Origin: Vibrio vulnificus CMCP6
GTDB taxonomy: Bacteria > Pseudomonadota > Gammaproteobacteria > Enterobacterales > Vibrionaceae
Assembly (NCBI RefSeq): GCF_000039765.1
Contig: NC_004459.3
Span: 3,016,104 to 3,048,103 of the forward strand
DNA length: 32,000 nt
Reading direction: 5' to 3'
A program made the translations under genes and the position numbers. The notes below the pieces were generated by a model, which searched no databases, was not told where the DNA came from, and worked only from the letters and a program-made list of their open reading frames with translations. How positions within the stretch are numbered: the stretch's first letter is position 1; every line of letters begins with the position of its first letter. This document shows positions 9,332 through 17,371 of the stretch, one piece after another.

Positions 9332-10888
9332 TCAGCCTTTGTGATCATCCACGAGATCGTACTGATAGATATCATCGCGATAGTTCAGCTCTTCCCCTTC
9401 AAACCACACTGTCTGATAGATGATATGGACGGGAATACGACGCTTGAGGGGGATCATAGTGTTGGCTTCTTGCCGAGTCGCTAAATTGGAGAGCTCTTCC
9501 TCCAGCCCTTGGGTTTTCAGCAATTGCAGCGCAAACTGATCGGCATTTTGAACCCGCACACACCCAGAGCTGAACGCTCGGCTGTCTTCTTGGAACAAAC
9601 TTTTCGACGGAGTGTCGTGCAAAAAGATCGCACGCTTATTGGGAATATTAAATTTGTACAGCCCTAACGCGTTTTTATCTCCAGCCAGTTGACGCATCTT
9701 GTATGGGAAGGATTTGAGTGACACCTTTGTCCAATCAATGGTTTGTGGATTCACCGCGGTTTGCGAGTCCCACCCTTCAACAATTTCAATATTTTGTTTG
9801 GTTAAGAAGCTTTGGTCATATTTCACTTTGGGCAAAATATCTTTGACCATAATGGTTTTCGGCACGTTCCATACGGGATTTAGCACCACCCCATCCATCT
9901 TGCCCACCATAATCGGCGTTTTTCGGCTCTTTCTGCCAACTACCACTTTGGATTCAAAGATCTCCTCGCCCTTATACCAAAACTTCATCTCATAGCCTGG
10001 CACATTGACCAAGACCAGCAGATCTCGTTCTTCTGGCCAAAGTCTCGAGCGCTCAGAGTTCAACGCCATCGAGTGCAGCCGCTGAGCGGGAGTCATGTTA
10101 AGCCATTTTAAGGTAATAGGCCCGACAACACCGTCTTGCGTCAGCCCATGCATTTTTTGAAATTGTTTCACCGCCAGTTCAAGCTGCGTGTCGTAGTATT
10201 TGATATCCCGCTTCAAATGGCTGGTTTCAAGACCCACCACTTCTAAACGTTTGATCAAATTGGCTCTATCAGGCAGTTTATCCCCCAGCTTCAATAAACC
10301 CACCTGATGAAAAAGCGGCACGGCGTGATCTCGCGCCTTTAGTAAACGACTATAACGATTGGCAAACTGCTGATGGCGCTGCAACGGCGAACGCAATGAA
10401 CGGACAAACGTTGCTAAATACCCAGCCTGAATATCTGCAGATAAACGATTCATTGATGAATAAGAAGGTGCGGGCAAACTTTGGCTTAACGGCTGTGTAA
10501 AGAGCCACTCTTTGCCATGTTGGGGGAGTTTTTCCAAGTAGCTGATGTAGGAAAGCAGTAGGTCGGTGGCAACAATGTCATACTCAAACCATTTTTGCTC
10601 GTTTTTATAGCGCCTCAGTTTACTGATTTGGTAGTCGAAATAGGGGCTGACAGACGCGGTTTTGATCAGTTCTAGCTGGAATTCAAGTTGCGAGGTCGCT
10701 TCATTATCAGACCAAATGAGTCGATGATGATTTCCTTGATACAAGCGCTCAACATGCTCAGGAAACTGGACATAGGCAAACACGGCGGAGTTCCCATCCA
10801 ACCACTGCTTCTCTTCTAATCCGGTCAGCGACCAAGTAGGACTAGAGAAGAAAATGCCTATCAGAAGTAACACTCGTTGCCACCGCAT
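9332..10888 (-). CDS. ldtD: L,D-transpeptidase, YcbB/LdtD family (YkuD catalytic domain plus PG-binding domain)
   Basis: Catalytic signature HDTPSKSLFQEDSRAFSSGCVRV. PG_binding_1-like segment AVKQFQKMHGLTQDGVVGPITLKWLN. Signal peptide MRWQRVLLLIGIFFSSPTWS. AGGAG lies 6 nt upstream of the ATG at 10888. Confidence 0.85.
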   Translation of the reverse strand: MRWQRVLLLIGIFFSSPTWSLTGLEEKQWLDGNSAVFAYVQFPEHVERLYQGNHHRLIWSDNEATSQLEFQLELIKTASVSPYFDYQISKLRRYKNEQKWFEYDIVATDLLLSYISYLEKLPQHGKEWLFTQPLSQSLPAPSYSSMNRLSADIQAGYLATFVRSLRSPLQRHQQFANRYSRLLKARDHAVPLFHQVGLLKLGDKLPDRANLIKRLEVVGLETSHLKRDIKYYDTQLELAVKQFQKMHGLTQDGVVGPITLKWLNMTPAQRLHSMALNSERSRLWPEERDLLVLVNVPGYEMKFWYKGEEIFESKVVVGRKSRKTPIMVGKMDGVVLNPVWNVPKTIMVKDILPKVKYDQSFLTKQNIEIVEGWDSQTAVNPQTIDWTKVSLKSFPYKMRQLAGDKNALGLYKFNIPNKRAIFLHDTPSKSLFQEDSRAFSSGCVRVQNADQFALQLLKTQGLEEELSNLATRQEANTMIPLKRRIPVHIIYQTVWFEGEELNYRDDIYQYDLVDDHKG

Positions 10889-10970
10889 CTCTGCTCCTTG
10901 AGAACTCAATCCACTCAGTAAGTATGGCAAATTTCCCAAAGAACAGAGGTGTGATTTTAAGCGAAGTCAC

Positions 10971-12065
10971 TCACAATAATTTTGACCAGTGATTATCCCA
11001 TTGAATATTCGATTGAATCTCAGAACTGCCCATCTGGACCGATGTGGTGATCACTTTTCCGGCCCCAGAACTCACGCGAAACTGATCTTGGTAAACCACC
11101 ACGCCTGAGGCATCAGGCAATGCAGCTAATTCCACCAATTCTCCACTAGCTTTTGACCAGATACCATAGCAGTTGCCTGGTGGTGAGGTGGCCAAAATCC
11201 AATCGGATGTTGCCGCAATGCTGGCGATGTAATGATTAAAACGTGCCCACTGCTCTGGTTCAGCACGTAATGACATCATCTCCCCCCCACGAGTGTGCAT
11301 CGCCAGCAGCGATGGGTACTCATCCGGCTCACCTCGATACTGCTGGCCACACAACACCGTTTCCGCACCATCGTGGGCGAGATGCCGAATGCTTAGCTTA
11401 GGATCCGATAAAGCGACTTGCTCTAACAGTTTCCCTTGTTGTGAAAGGTAACTTAACGATGGTCGCATAGTGTCCAGATTCAATGGTGCTCGACCATGGG
11501 TATGAACGCCGCCAACACCAATGGCCAACACACCATCAGGCATCATGATCACCTCATGAGGGCCAATGCCAAATCCGCTGAGCTCCGCGACTTTTTTATA
11601 ACGGTTGCGGACATCGTACACACCGATGATACCTCGGCTTGTACTTCGCTCTCCCTCGGTGGCAAAGAGGTAATCCCCGGCATGAGAGTAGACGCCGTGG
11701 CCATAAAAATGCCTTTCGGGATGCGCACTTTGCAGATGGATGGTTTCTCCTGAGTGATAATCAAACACCATGAAGAAACTACCCGGACGACGTGCAAATA
11801 CCGTCGCATGTCCTTGCGCATTGGTGGCGACACCATGACCACGCTCAGGAAGCGGCAACTGCTGTAGTGGTCGGCCATATTGATCAGCCACTACCGCTGT
11901 ATATTGGTGACGTCCACGAATCGCGCATCCCACCAATGCGGGTTCAGCTTGTCTCGCATCTTTATTGGTTGATGCACAGCCAAAAGGCATGAGCGGTGCA
12001 CTCACGCCAAACAGTGCAGCTTTTAATAAAGCTCGTCGTTGTTCGTTAGTCACCATCGGTTGCAT
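10971..12065 (-). CDS. DUF1513-type periplasmic beta-propeller-like protein with a Tat-like signal (364 aa)
   Basis: N-terminal EQRRALLKAALFGVSAPLMPFG. Repetitive G/H-rich strand pattern (GHGV..., GIGPHE, GVGGVHTHG). It is the last gene of the conserved imelysin/DUF1111/imelysin/DUF1513 arrangement. Its start overlaps the upstream stop (12046). Confidence 0.7.
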   Translation of the reverse strand: MQPMVTNEQRRALLKAALFGVSAPLMPFGCASTNKDARQAEPALVGCAIRGRHQYTAVVADQYGRPLQQLPLPERGHGVATNAQGHATVFARRPGSFFMVFDYHSGETIHLQSAHPERHFYGHGVYSHAGDYLFATEGERSTSRGIIGVYDVRNRYKKVAELSGFGIGPHEVIMMPDGVLAIGVGGVHTHGRAPLNLDTMRPSLSYLSQQGKLLEQVALSDPKLSIRHLAHDGAETVLCGQQYRGEPDEYPSLLAMHTRGGEMMSLRAEPEQWARFNHYIASIAATSDWILATSPPGNCYGIWSKASGELVELAALPDASGVVVYQDQFRVSSGAGKVITTSVQMGSSEIQSNIQWDNHWSKLL

Positions 12066-13077
12066 TGAATCCTATAACGACACCTAACTCGACCGCCACT
12101 TCATCGTGGATGAGGTACTTTAACTGCTCCAGTTTGCGTAACTGAGTCAACGCCATTCGATAGCCTTCTTTGTCTTGCAATGCTGCAAACAAGCTCTTTT
12201 GCTCAGGCCAAGTCGCTAAAGTGACATCAAACTGATTCACCACTCGATCTGCCAACTCTGCTTTATCCATTCCCCTCAATGTAGCGTCTAGCCCCTCTCC
12301 ATTGGCTAAATAAAGCGCTTTTAATGCTTCCACGTTCGCTTTTAGATTGGAAAGGGAGGTTTGAGAGCGCCATGATTCAGAAAAATAGGGGCGAGGTTGA
12401 CCAATATTGGCTAACGGACGGCTCAGCTTTTTCATAGCATATTCCAATTGGTTTGACAGCAGTGAAATGTACTCTGAGTGCCACTCTTTCTCATTGAGCG
12501 ATGCCCAAGGGTTACTTGACCATGCATCTGAAATACGTTGCGTGTTTTGATTGAGATGACGGCTAATCGCGACCCCAGTTTGGCAAGTTTGAGCATTTCG
12601 ACTGAGATCTGAACTTTCATCATAAAGTAGCCATTCAATCGCACCAAGACCTTGAACTGTCACACTTTGTACCGCGATGTCATCTGCTTTCCATGTTTTG
12701 TTCTGCTGAATCAACGCGGACATCTTACGTCCTGTGGTGTTCTTTTTATCTGGCCAAAATTGTACGTTCCAGCTTTGCTCAAGCGCCGCTGCAGGTCCGC
12801 GCTCTTGACCTTGCAACGCCATCCAGCTCAACATACTGCGGTGCCACTGTTTCTTGACGGTGTCCATGCCCGCCTCTGGTAGCTGGCAGTAATGCACAAA
12901 CGCGCTAACAAGTTCTGTAGTTTCTTGAGCCAAAGTGGCTGCCACCGCTCGTTCGATATGGAAAACCGCGTCGCTACGATGTTGTGAAACCTTGTGCGAG
13001 TCTGTTGTTGATTGGCAACCGACGAAGAGCAGCGCCGCGCCCATTGCAAGTGAAATGTGTATGGTTTTCATTGCCAC
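12046..13077 (-). CDS. Imelysin-like (peptidase M75 fold) lipoprotein, second paralogue (343 aa)
   Basis: Lipobox LLFVGC. Degenerate imelysin core motif QGLGAIEWLLYDE, with Gly in place of the His seen in the IrpA paralogue. The start lies 3 nt after the DUF1111 stop. Confidence 0.75.
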   Translation of the reverse strand: MAMKTIHISLAMGAALLFVGCQSTTDSHKVSQHRSDAVFHIERAVAATLAQETTELVSAFVHYCQLPEAGMDTVKKQWHRSMLSWMALQGQERGPAAALEQSWNVQFWPDKKNTTGRKMSALIQQNKTWKADDIAVQSVTVQGLGAIEWLLYDESSDLSRNAQTCQTGVAISRHLNQNTQRISDAWSSNPWASLNEKEWHSEYISLLSNQLEYAMKKLSRPLANIGQPRPYFSESWRSQTSLSNLKANVEALKALYLANGEGLDATLRGMDKAELADRVVNQFDVTLATWPEQKSLFAALQDKEGYRMALTQLRKLEQLKYLIHDEVAVELGVVIGFNATDGD

Positions 13078-13080
13078 TCC

Positions 13081-14460
13081 CTATAGCGAATTGAGGAAAG
13101 CGATCAACGCATCGCGCTCTTTTGCTGACATCTTCAACACGTTTTGCTTGGCTGCTTCCGCTTCACCGCCATGCCAAAGCACCGCTTCCATCAGATTTCG
13201 TGCTCTTCCATCGTGTAAAAAATAAGTGTGATCATTCACTTCTTGCGTATAACCAATGCCCCACAACGGTGGTGTTCGCCACTCTTGACCATTGGCTAGG
13301 TATTCTGGTCGATTGTCTGCCAAACCTGGCCCCATGTCGTGCAACAATAAATCAGTATAGGGATGAATGGTTTGTTCTGACAATGCAGGCAATGCCTCAC
13401 GTTTGGCGGTTTTCACCGTCTGCTTATGACAACTCTCACAGCCTGATTGAACGAACAGCGTCTCGCCGAGCTTGACCTGCGGATCATTCACGTTGCGACG
13501 AATCGGCACCGCTAAATGCTGAGAATAGAACTCAACAAAATCCAAAATGTTGTCACTCACCTCTGGCGAGCCACCATTGGGCAACTTGCGACAGAGATCT
13601 TGTCTATCGGTGCAGTTTTCTTGCGGGAAGAGATGGCTGGTTAAGCCAAGGTCGCCATTAAACGCCGCCGCGTTTTGTTGCATTAAGGTTGGCTGCCCCG
13701 CTTTCCAACCAAAACGACCAATTGCGAGGGATTGAGTTTGCACATCCCACACTTTATTGAGTTTTCCTGAGATACCGTCTTGATTGCGATCGTCTTCATC
13801 TGCCCACTGCAACAGGGTTTCTTCGGCTATCGATTCAAGCAGCCCAAGACCGATCATTGGAGGTGCGACACGAGCAGAAAGCAAGGTTTGTGGATGCATC
13901 TCTCCATAAGCCAGATCACGGATCTCTACCGTCGGCTTACGCAACACCACCGTCGTCCCATCACTGAATGTAACAGGTACATCGCTGTAACGGATGCTGA
14001 TTTGCCCTTCCGGTTTTTGGTCTTGAAGAGCAAAATCTTGCAACTGACCACCGTAAGTCGGTTCAGGAATGACACCACTGGTGATCACCGCTTTTTTCTG
14101 CTCCGCCGTGAGTGCTGGAATGCTCAAGCGCACCAGCATTGATACAGCATGACTATCCCCTTTTTCAGGAGGATGCCCCCGACCATCTTTAATGTGGCAG
14201 TTTTGACAACCATTCGTGTTAAACAGTGGACCAAGACCATCACGTGCATCCGTTGAGGCCGGTGCAGACACCCAAGGGTTGCGGAAAAAACTGTTACCTA
14301 CACTAAAGTCCAATCTTTTGCTCATTGGAAGATTGGCCGCTGGTAATGAAAAAGCATTTGGACCCTCTTTTTTAACGCTGGTGTCACCACCAGATTTAAG
14401 GTCGTTGGCAAATGCGGTTGAAGAGAGCACGATGAGAGTGCTGAGCAAGTACGGCTTCAT
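13081..14460 (-). CDS. DUF1111 di-haem cytochrome c peroxidase-like oxidoreductase (459 aa)
   Basis: Sec signal MKPYLLSTLIVLSSTAFA. Two haem-c sites, GCQNCHIKDGRG and GCESCHKQ. Position is typical, between two imelysin genes. Confidence 0.8.
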   Translation of the reverse strand: MKPYLLSTLIVLSSTAFANDLKSGGDTSVKKEGPNAFSLPAANLPMSKRLDFSVGNSFFRNPWVSAPASTDARDGLGPLFNTNGCQNCHIKDGRGHPPEKGDSHAVSMLVRLSIPALTAEQKKAVITSGVIPEPTYGGQLQDFALQDQKPEGQISIRYSDVPVTFSDGTTVVLRKPTVEIRDLAYGEMHPQTLLSARVAPPMIGLGLLESIAEETLLQWADEDDRNQDGISGKLNKVWDVQTQSLAIGRFGWKAGQPTLMQQNAAAFNGDLGLTSHLFPQENCTDRQDLCRKLPNGGSPEVSDNILDFVEFYSQHLAVPIRRNVNDPQVKLGETLFVQSGCESCHKQTVKTAKREALPALSEQTIHPYTDLLLHDMGPGLADNRPEYLANGQEWRTPPLWGIGYTQEVNDHTYFLHDGRARNLMEAVLWHGGEAEAAKQNVLKMSAKERDALIAFLNSL

Positions 14461-14532
14461 TGAATTGCTTCCTACTAAACTGCATAAACAGCAAAAGGGC
14501 TCTAATGAGCCCTCTAAATATGATAATAATTA

Positions 14533-15816
14533 TTAGAATTCGTGATCCGCGGTGTCTGGATTCAGACTGTCGATGCCAACAATCTTAGCCGCACGTTCGA
14601 TCGCGGAAGTTTGCGCCACCAATGACATGATGGTTTCGTTCACTAGCGCATTGCCTTGCGCATTACCCGCTGCGATCAGTTGGTCAAAATGTTGATTTTG
14701 CTTTTCCGCAGATGTGACTAACTTGCCTACTTGCGCACGAGTGGTATCAAACTGCGCTTGGATCTCTTTGGCCGCATTTTTATCTTGTTGTGCCACCAAA
14801 TCATGTAGGCTTGGTCCTGTGAGCAGTGAGCCATCAACACGTTTGTAGATACCGGTGTAAACGTTATAGATACCTTGCTCGTTGTAGTAGTGTGAGTTAT
14901 GAGTGTTGTCCGAGAAACAATCGTGCTCATCCTCTGTCGAGTTTGCTTCTAGTGCCACTTTCATACGCTCACCGGCCAATTCACCAAGCGAAAGCGAGCC
15001 CATGCCAAACAGCATTTTACGCAAACCATTTTCAGCCGACTGAGCAAGCAATTCTTGACGGTAGTTACCTTTCTCTTGCGCAGACCATTGTTTTTCCATC
15101 CACTCAAGATCCGTTACGAGGAGCTGAGCCGCCGCTTTTAGATAGGCGCCACGGCGATCACAGTGACCATTGGTGCATTGCGAACCCACAACAAAATCCG
15201 TGTAAGCACGTTGACCAGCACCAGCATTTGTACCGTTAAGATCTTGACCCCAAAGTAAAAACTCAATGGCGTGATAGCCAGAAGCCACGTTAGCTTCAGA
15301 GCCACCGACTTCGTTGAGCTCTGCGATCAACTCAGGTGTAATCACGGAAACATCCAGTTGAGACGCGCCGATTTTCAGCGTTGTGTTCGCAACGATATTG
15401 GCTTTCGCCCCTTCGTTACCCAGCTCATATTGGTAGTCGGTTGAAACATAATCGATCAAACCTTCGTCTAATGGCCAAGCATTCAACTGCCCTTCCCAAT
15501 CATCCACAACGGTATTACCGAAACGGAATACTTCAGATTGTTGATAAGGCACTCGAGCATCTAGCCACGCCTGCTTAACCTCTTCTAACTTTGCCGCTGA
15601 AGGCGCAGACAAAAACTGTTCAACTTTCTTTTCAAGTTGTTGTGCGGTTGTCAATGAATCCGCAAAAACAGCGTGGGCAACGTCAGCATAATGCTCGACA
15701 ACTTGCTGATTGGTAACATTCGCGGCAAGCAGGTGACCACTGGCAAACAGTGTTGTACTGCTAAAGACTGGACTAATAGAGTTTTTGCATTCATCTGAAG
15801 CATCCTTGTTGAGCAT
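14533..15816 (-). CDS. irpA: Imelysin family protein, iron-regulated protein A (IrpA)-like (427 aa as drawn; the start is uncertain)
   Basis: Imelysin GxHxxE core SGYHAIEFLLWGQD. First gene of the four-gene cluster. The N-terminus is atypical for an exported protein (see finding). Confidence 0.75.
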   Translation of the reverse strand: MLNKDASDECKNSISPVFSSTTLFASGHLLAANVTNQQVVEHYADVAHAVFADSLTTAQQLEKKVEQFLSAPSAAKLEEVKQAWLDARVPYQQSEVFRFGNTVVDDWEGQLNAWPLDEGLIDYVSTDYQYELGNEGAKANIVANTTLKIGASQLDVSVITPELIAELNEVGGSEANVASGYHAIEFLLWGQDLNGTNAGAGQRAYTDFVVGSQCTNGHCDRRGAYLKAAAQLLVTDLEWMEKQWSAQEKGNYRQELLAQSAENGLRKMLFGMGSLSLGELAGERMKVALEANSTEDEHDCFSDNTHNSHYYNEQGIYNVYTGIYKRVDGSLLTGPSLHDLVAQQDKNAAKEIQAQFDTTRAQVGKLVTSAEKQNQHFDQLIAAGNAQGNALVNETIMSLVAQTSAIERAAKIVGIDSLNPDTADHEF

Positions 15817-15834
15817 TTCTTACTTGTTATTCGT

Positions 15835-15853
15835 AGTGCTAATTATTCTTATT
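15835..15853 (-). promoter_or_regulatory. Candidate Fur box upstream of irpA
   Basis: The minus-strand 19-mer AATAAGAATAATTAGCACT matches GATAATGATAATCATTATC at 11 of 19 positions by my manual alignment. It lies 19-37 nt upstream of the ATG. Confidence 0.35.
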
Positions 15854-15871
15854 TGCACTTTTAGTCGCCAG

Positions 15872-15899
15872 ATAATACAAAGTTACAATTTTTTTGCAA
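15872..15899 (-). promoter_or_regulatory. Candidate sigma70 promoter for the irpA operon
   Basis: Minus strand reads TTGCAA - 16 nt - TATTAT. The -35 box is 30 bp from the IS terminus at 15930. Confidence 0.4.
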
Positions 15900-15980
15900 G
15901 TGACAAACAAAAAAAGCTCCACAACTGTGGCAATGTAGATCAGATAAGGATCGGTTGACCGATCCTTCTGATGAGAGACA

Positions 15981-16013
15981 ATCGGAAACCTGTTTATAGG
16001 TTTCCGATTTTTT
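15981..16013 (+). promoter_or_regulatory. Terminator-like hairpin in the IS leader, abutting the transposase start codon (also present at 5107-5140)
   Basis: ATCGGAAACCT-gtttat-AGGTTTCCGAT followed by ttttt, then ATG at 16014. It is preceded by a second hairpin, AAGGATCGG-ttga-CCGATCCTT, at 15946-15967. Confidence 0.6.
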
Positions 16014-17351
16014 ATGTCTATCCAAAACTATTTTGCTGACTTTCTTGAAGAGAGTCCTGTTGATGTCGCTCAGCTCACCACCTTCTCCGAGCATATTCCT
16101 GATGAGTGGGTTGCTAAAGCGGCAACACTTTCCGATAAAGCGACAATTCGTCGACGTCGTTTACCTAGTGATATGGTTCTTTGGCTTATTGTTGGAATGG
16201 CGTTTTTCCGCAATGAGTCTATTGCAGAAGTCGCACGGCGAATGAATGTCTGTGCCGAGGGCTTAGCCGATGAGGAACTGCTAGCTAAAAGTGCTTTAAC
16301 GCAAGCAAGGCAACGCCTTGGTAAAGCTGCTCCAGAATGGTTGTTTAGACAATGCAGTCACACATGGGGTCTAGAGCGTTACCCCGAGGATACTTGGCAA
16401 GGCTTACAAGTCTTCGCTATTGATGGGGCTCTTTTTCGAACCGCTGATACATCAGAACTAAGAGAACATTTTGGGTCAGGTAATACATCCAGCGAGAGGC
16501 AGACACCTCATCCAGTACTCAGGGTGGTGACCATGATGAATGTTCGCTCACATGTCATTGTAGACGCAGCTATAAGCCCCTATCGTCGTGGTGAAATACC
16601 GCTTGCAATGCCCTTTATTGACTCTCTACCTGATAACTCATTGACTTTACTAGATAAGGGGTTTTATGGCGCAGACTTACTTCTTTCTCTCCAAAATAGT
16701 GGCTCCAACAGGCATTGGTTGTTACCAGCGAAGAAAGGGGTGAAATTCAGACTTCTGGACGATGAAGAGAGCGACGACATGTTGGTAGAAATGAAAGTCT
16801 CTCCACAGGCTCGCAAGAAAAATCCTAACCTACCTGAAAAATGGCAAGTCAGAGCCGTTACTTATCAAGTACAAGGTAAGCACAAAACAGTGTTTACGTC
16901 TTTGCCTAGGGAAGAGTACGATGCGGAATCAGTAGCCGAGCTTTACCATGAGAGATGGGAAATTGAGTTAGGGTACAGAGACATAAAAAGTTCGATGCAG
17001 CACAACGCGTTAGTGCTGAGGAGTAAGACGGTCGAGCTTGTCTATCAAGAGTTATGGGGGCTGTTGCTTGGTTATAACTTGGTAAGACGAGAAGCCAGTC
17101 AAGCGGCCGTAGCACATGGTCGAATGGCCAATGAAATCAGTTTTAAATACGCTTGTCAGTTCATCGCTAGTCAACTGAAAGTAATGAGCAAAGCGGTATC
17201 TCCAGGTAATACACCGAAGCGTCTAAAAAGTCTGCGCGGAGACTTATCCATCCTTTTTATAGACAAACGCCCTAAGCCAAATCGGCCTAGGGCGGTAAAA
17301 ATATCAAAGACCCGATATCCTGTTAATCGCAAAGCAGCTCCTCTTAAGTGA
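16014..17351 (+). CDS. IS4-family DDE transposase (445 aa)
   Basis: Signature Y-2-R-3-E-6-K in YHERWEIELGYRDIKS. Candidate catalytic Asp contexts VFAIDGALF and LLDKGFYG. The ORF fills the element. Confidence 0.9.
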   Translation: MSIQNYFADFLEESPVDVAQLTTFSEHIPDEWVAKAATLSDKATIRRRRLPSDMVLWLIVGMAFFRNESIAEVARRMNVCAEGLADEELLAKSALTQARQRLGKAAPEWLFRQCSHTWGLERYPEDTWQGLQVFAIDGALFRTADTSELREHFGSGNTSSERQTPHPVLRVVTMMNVRSHVIVDAAISPYRRGEIPLAMPFIDSLPDNSLTLLDKGFYGADLLLSLQNSGSNRHWLLPAKKGVKFRLLDDEESDDMLVEMKVSPQARKKNPNLPEKWQVRAVTYQVQGKHKTVFTSLPREEYDAESVAELYHERWEIELGYRDIKSSMQHNALVLRSKTVELVYQELWGLLLGYNLVRREASQAAVAHGRMANEISFKYACQFIASQLKVMSKAVSPGNTPKRLKSLRGDLSILFIDKRPKPNRPRAVKISKTRYPVNRKAAPLK

Positions 17352-17361
17352 ACTACATTGC

Positions 17362-17371
17362 GCTGGTTCGC
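17362..17371. repeat. Right copy of the 10-bp target-site duplication (GCTGGTTCGC)
   Basis: It sits immediately outside the right IS terminus and is followed by GGGCTTT, the orphaned right arm of the split terminator. Confidence 0.75.

Larger units (their letters stand above)
5056..17361 (+). mobile_element. Putative 12.3-kb composite transposon: IS4-family copy (decayed) - 9 cargo genes - IS4-family copy (intact), with the IS copies in direct orientation
   Basis: Two near-identical IS copies bound the segment. The outer flanks share a 10-bp direct repeat. Joining the flanks with one repeat copy gives aaaaAGCCCGC-tggttc-GCGGGCTtt, a perfect hairpin terminator shared by miaE (+) and the protease gene (-). 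Confidence 0.7.
15930..17361 (+). mobile_element. IS4-family insertion sequence, intact copy (1432 bp)
   Basis: Imperfect terminal inverted repeats: GCAATGTAGATCAGATAAGG versus the reverse complement of the right end, GCAATGTAGTTCACTTAAGA (16 of 20). It carries a single 445-aa transposase gene. Size and architecture resemble IS4. Confidence 0.9.

Noticed and set aside
15871-15889. Second Fur-box-like sequence GATAATACAAAGTTACAAT
   Set aside because: Only about 9 of 19 positions match the consensus by manual alignment, all in the first hexamer plus scattered positions. It also overlaps the putative -10 box by chance composition, so it is too weak to call.
6452-15929. A possible second target duplication at the inner IS junctions (6452-6461 AATCAATTGG versus 15920-15929 CACAACTGTG). 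This would have suggested IS-IS recombination with a circular molecule.
   Set aside because: Only 4 of 10 positions match in register. An offset alignment (TCAATTGGGG versus ACAACTGTGG) gives 7 of 10 but is out of register with the IS termini. A hairpin built from the two flanks needs a mismatch. I treat the inner flanks as unrelated, as expected for a classical composite transposon.
15861-16094. 77-aa minus-strand ORF upstream of irpA
   Set aside because: It spans the IS boundary at 15930 and runs antisense through the IS leader and the transposase start. There is no RBS, and it is an artefact of the junction.
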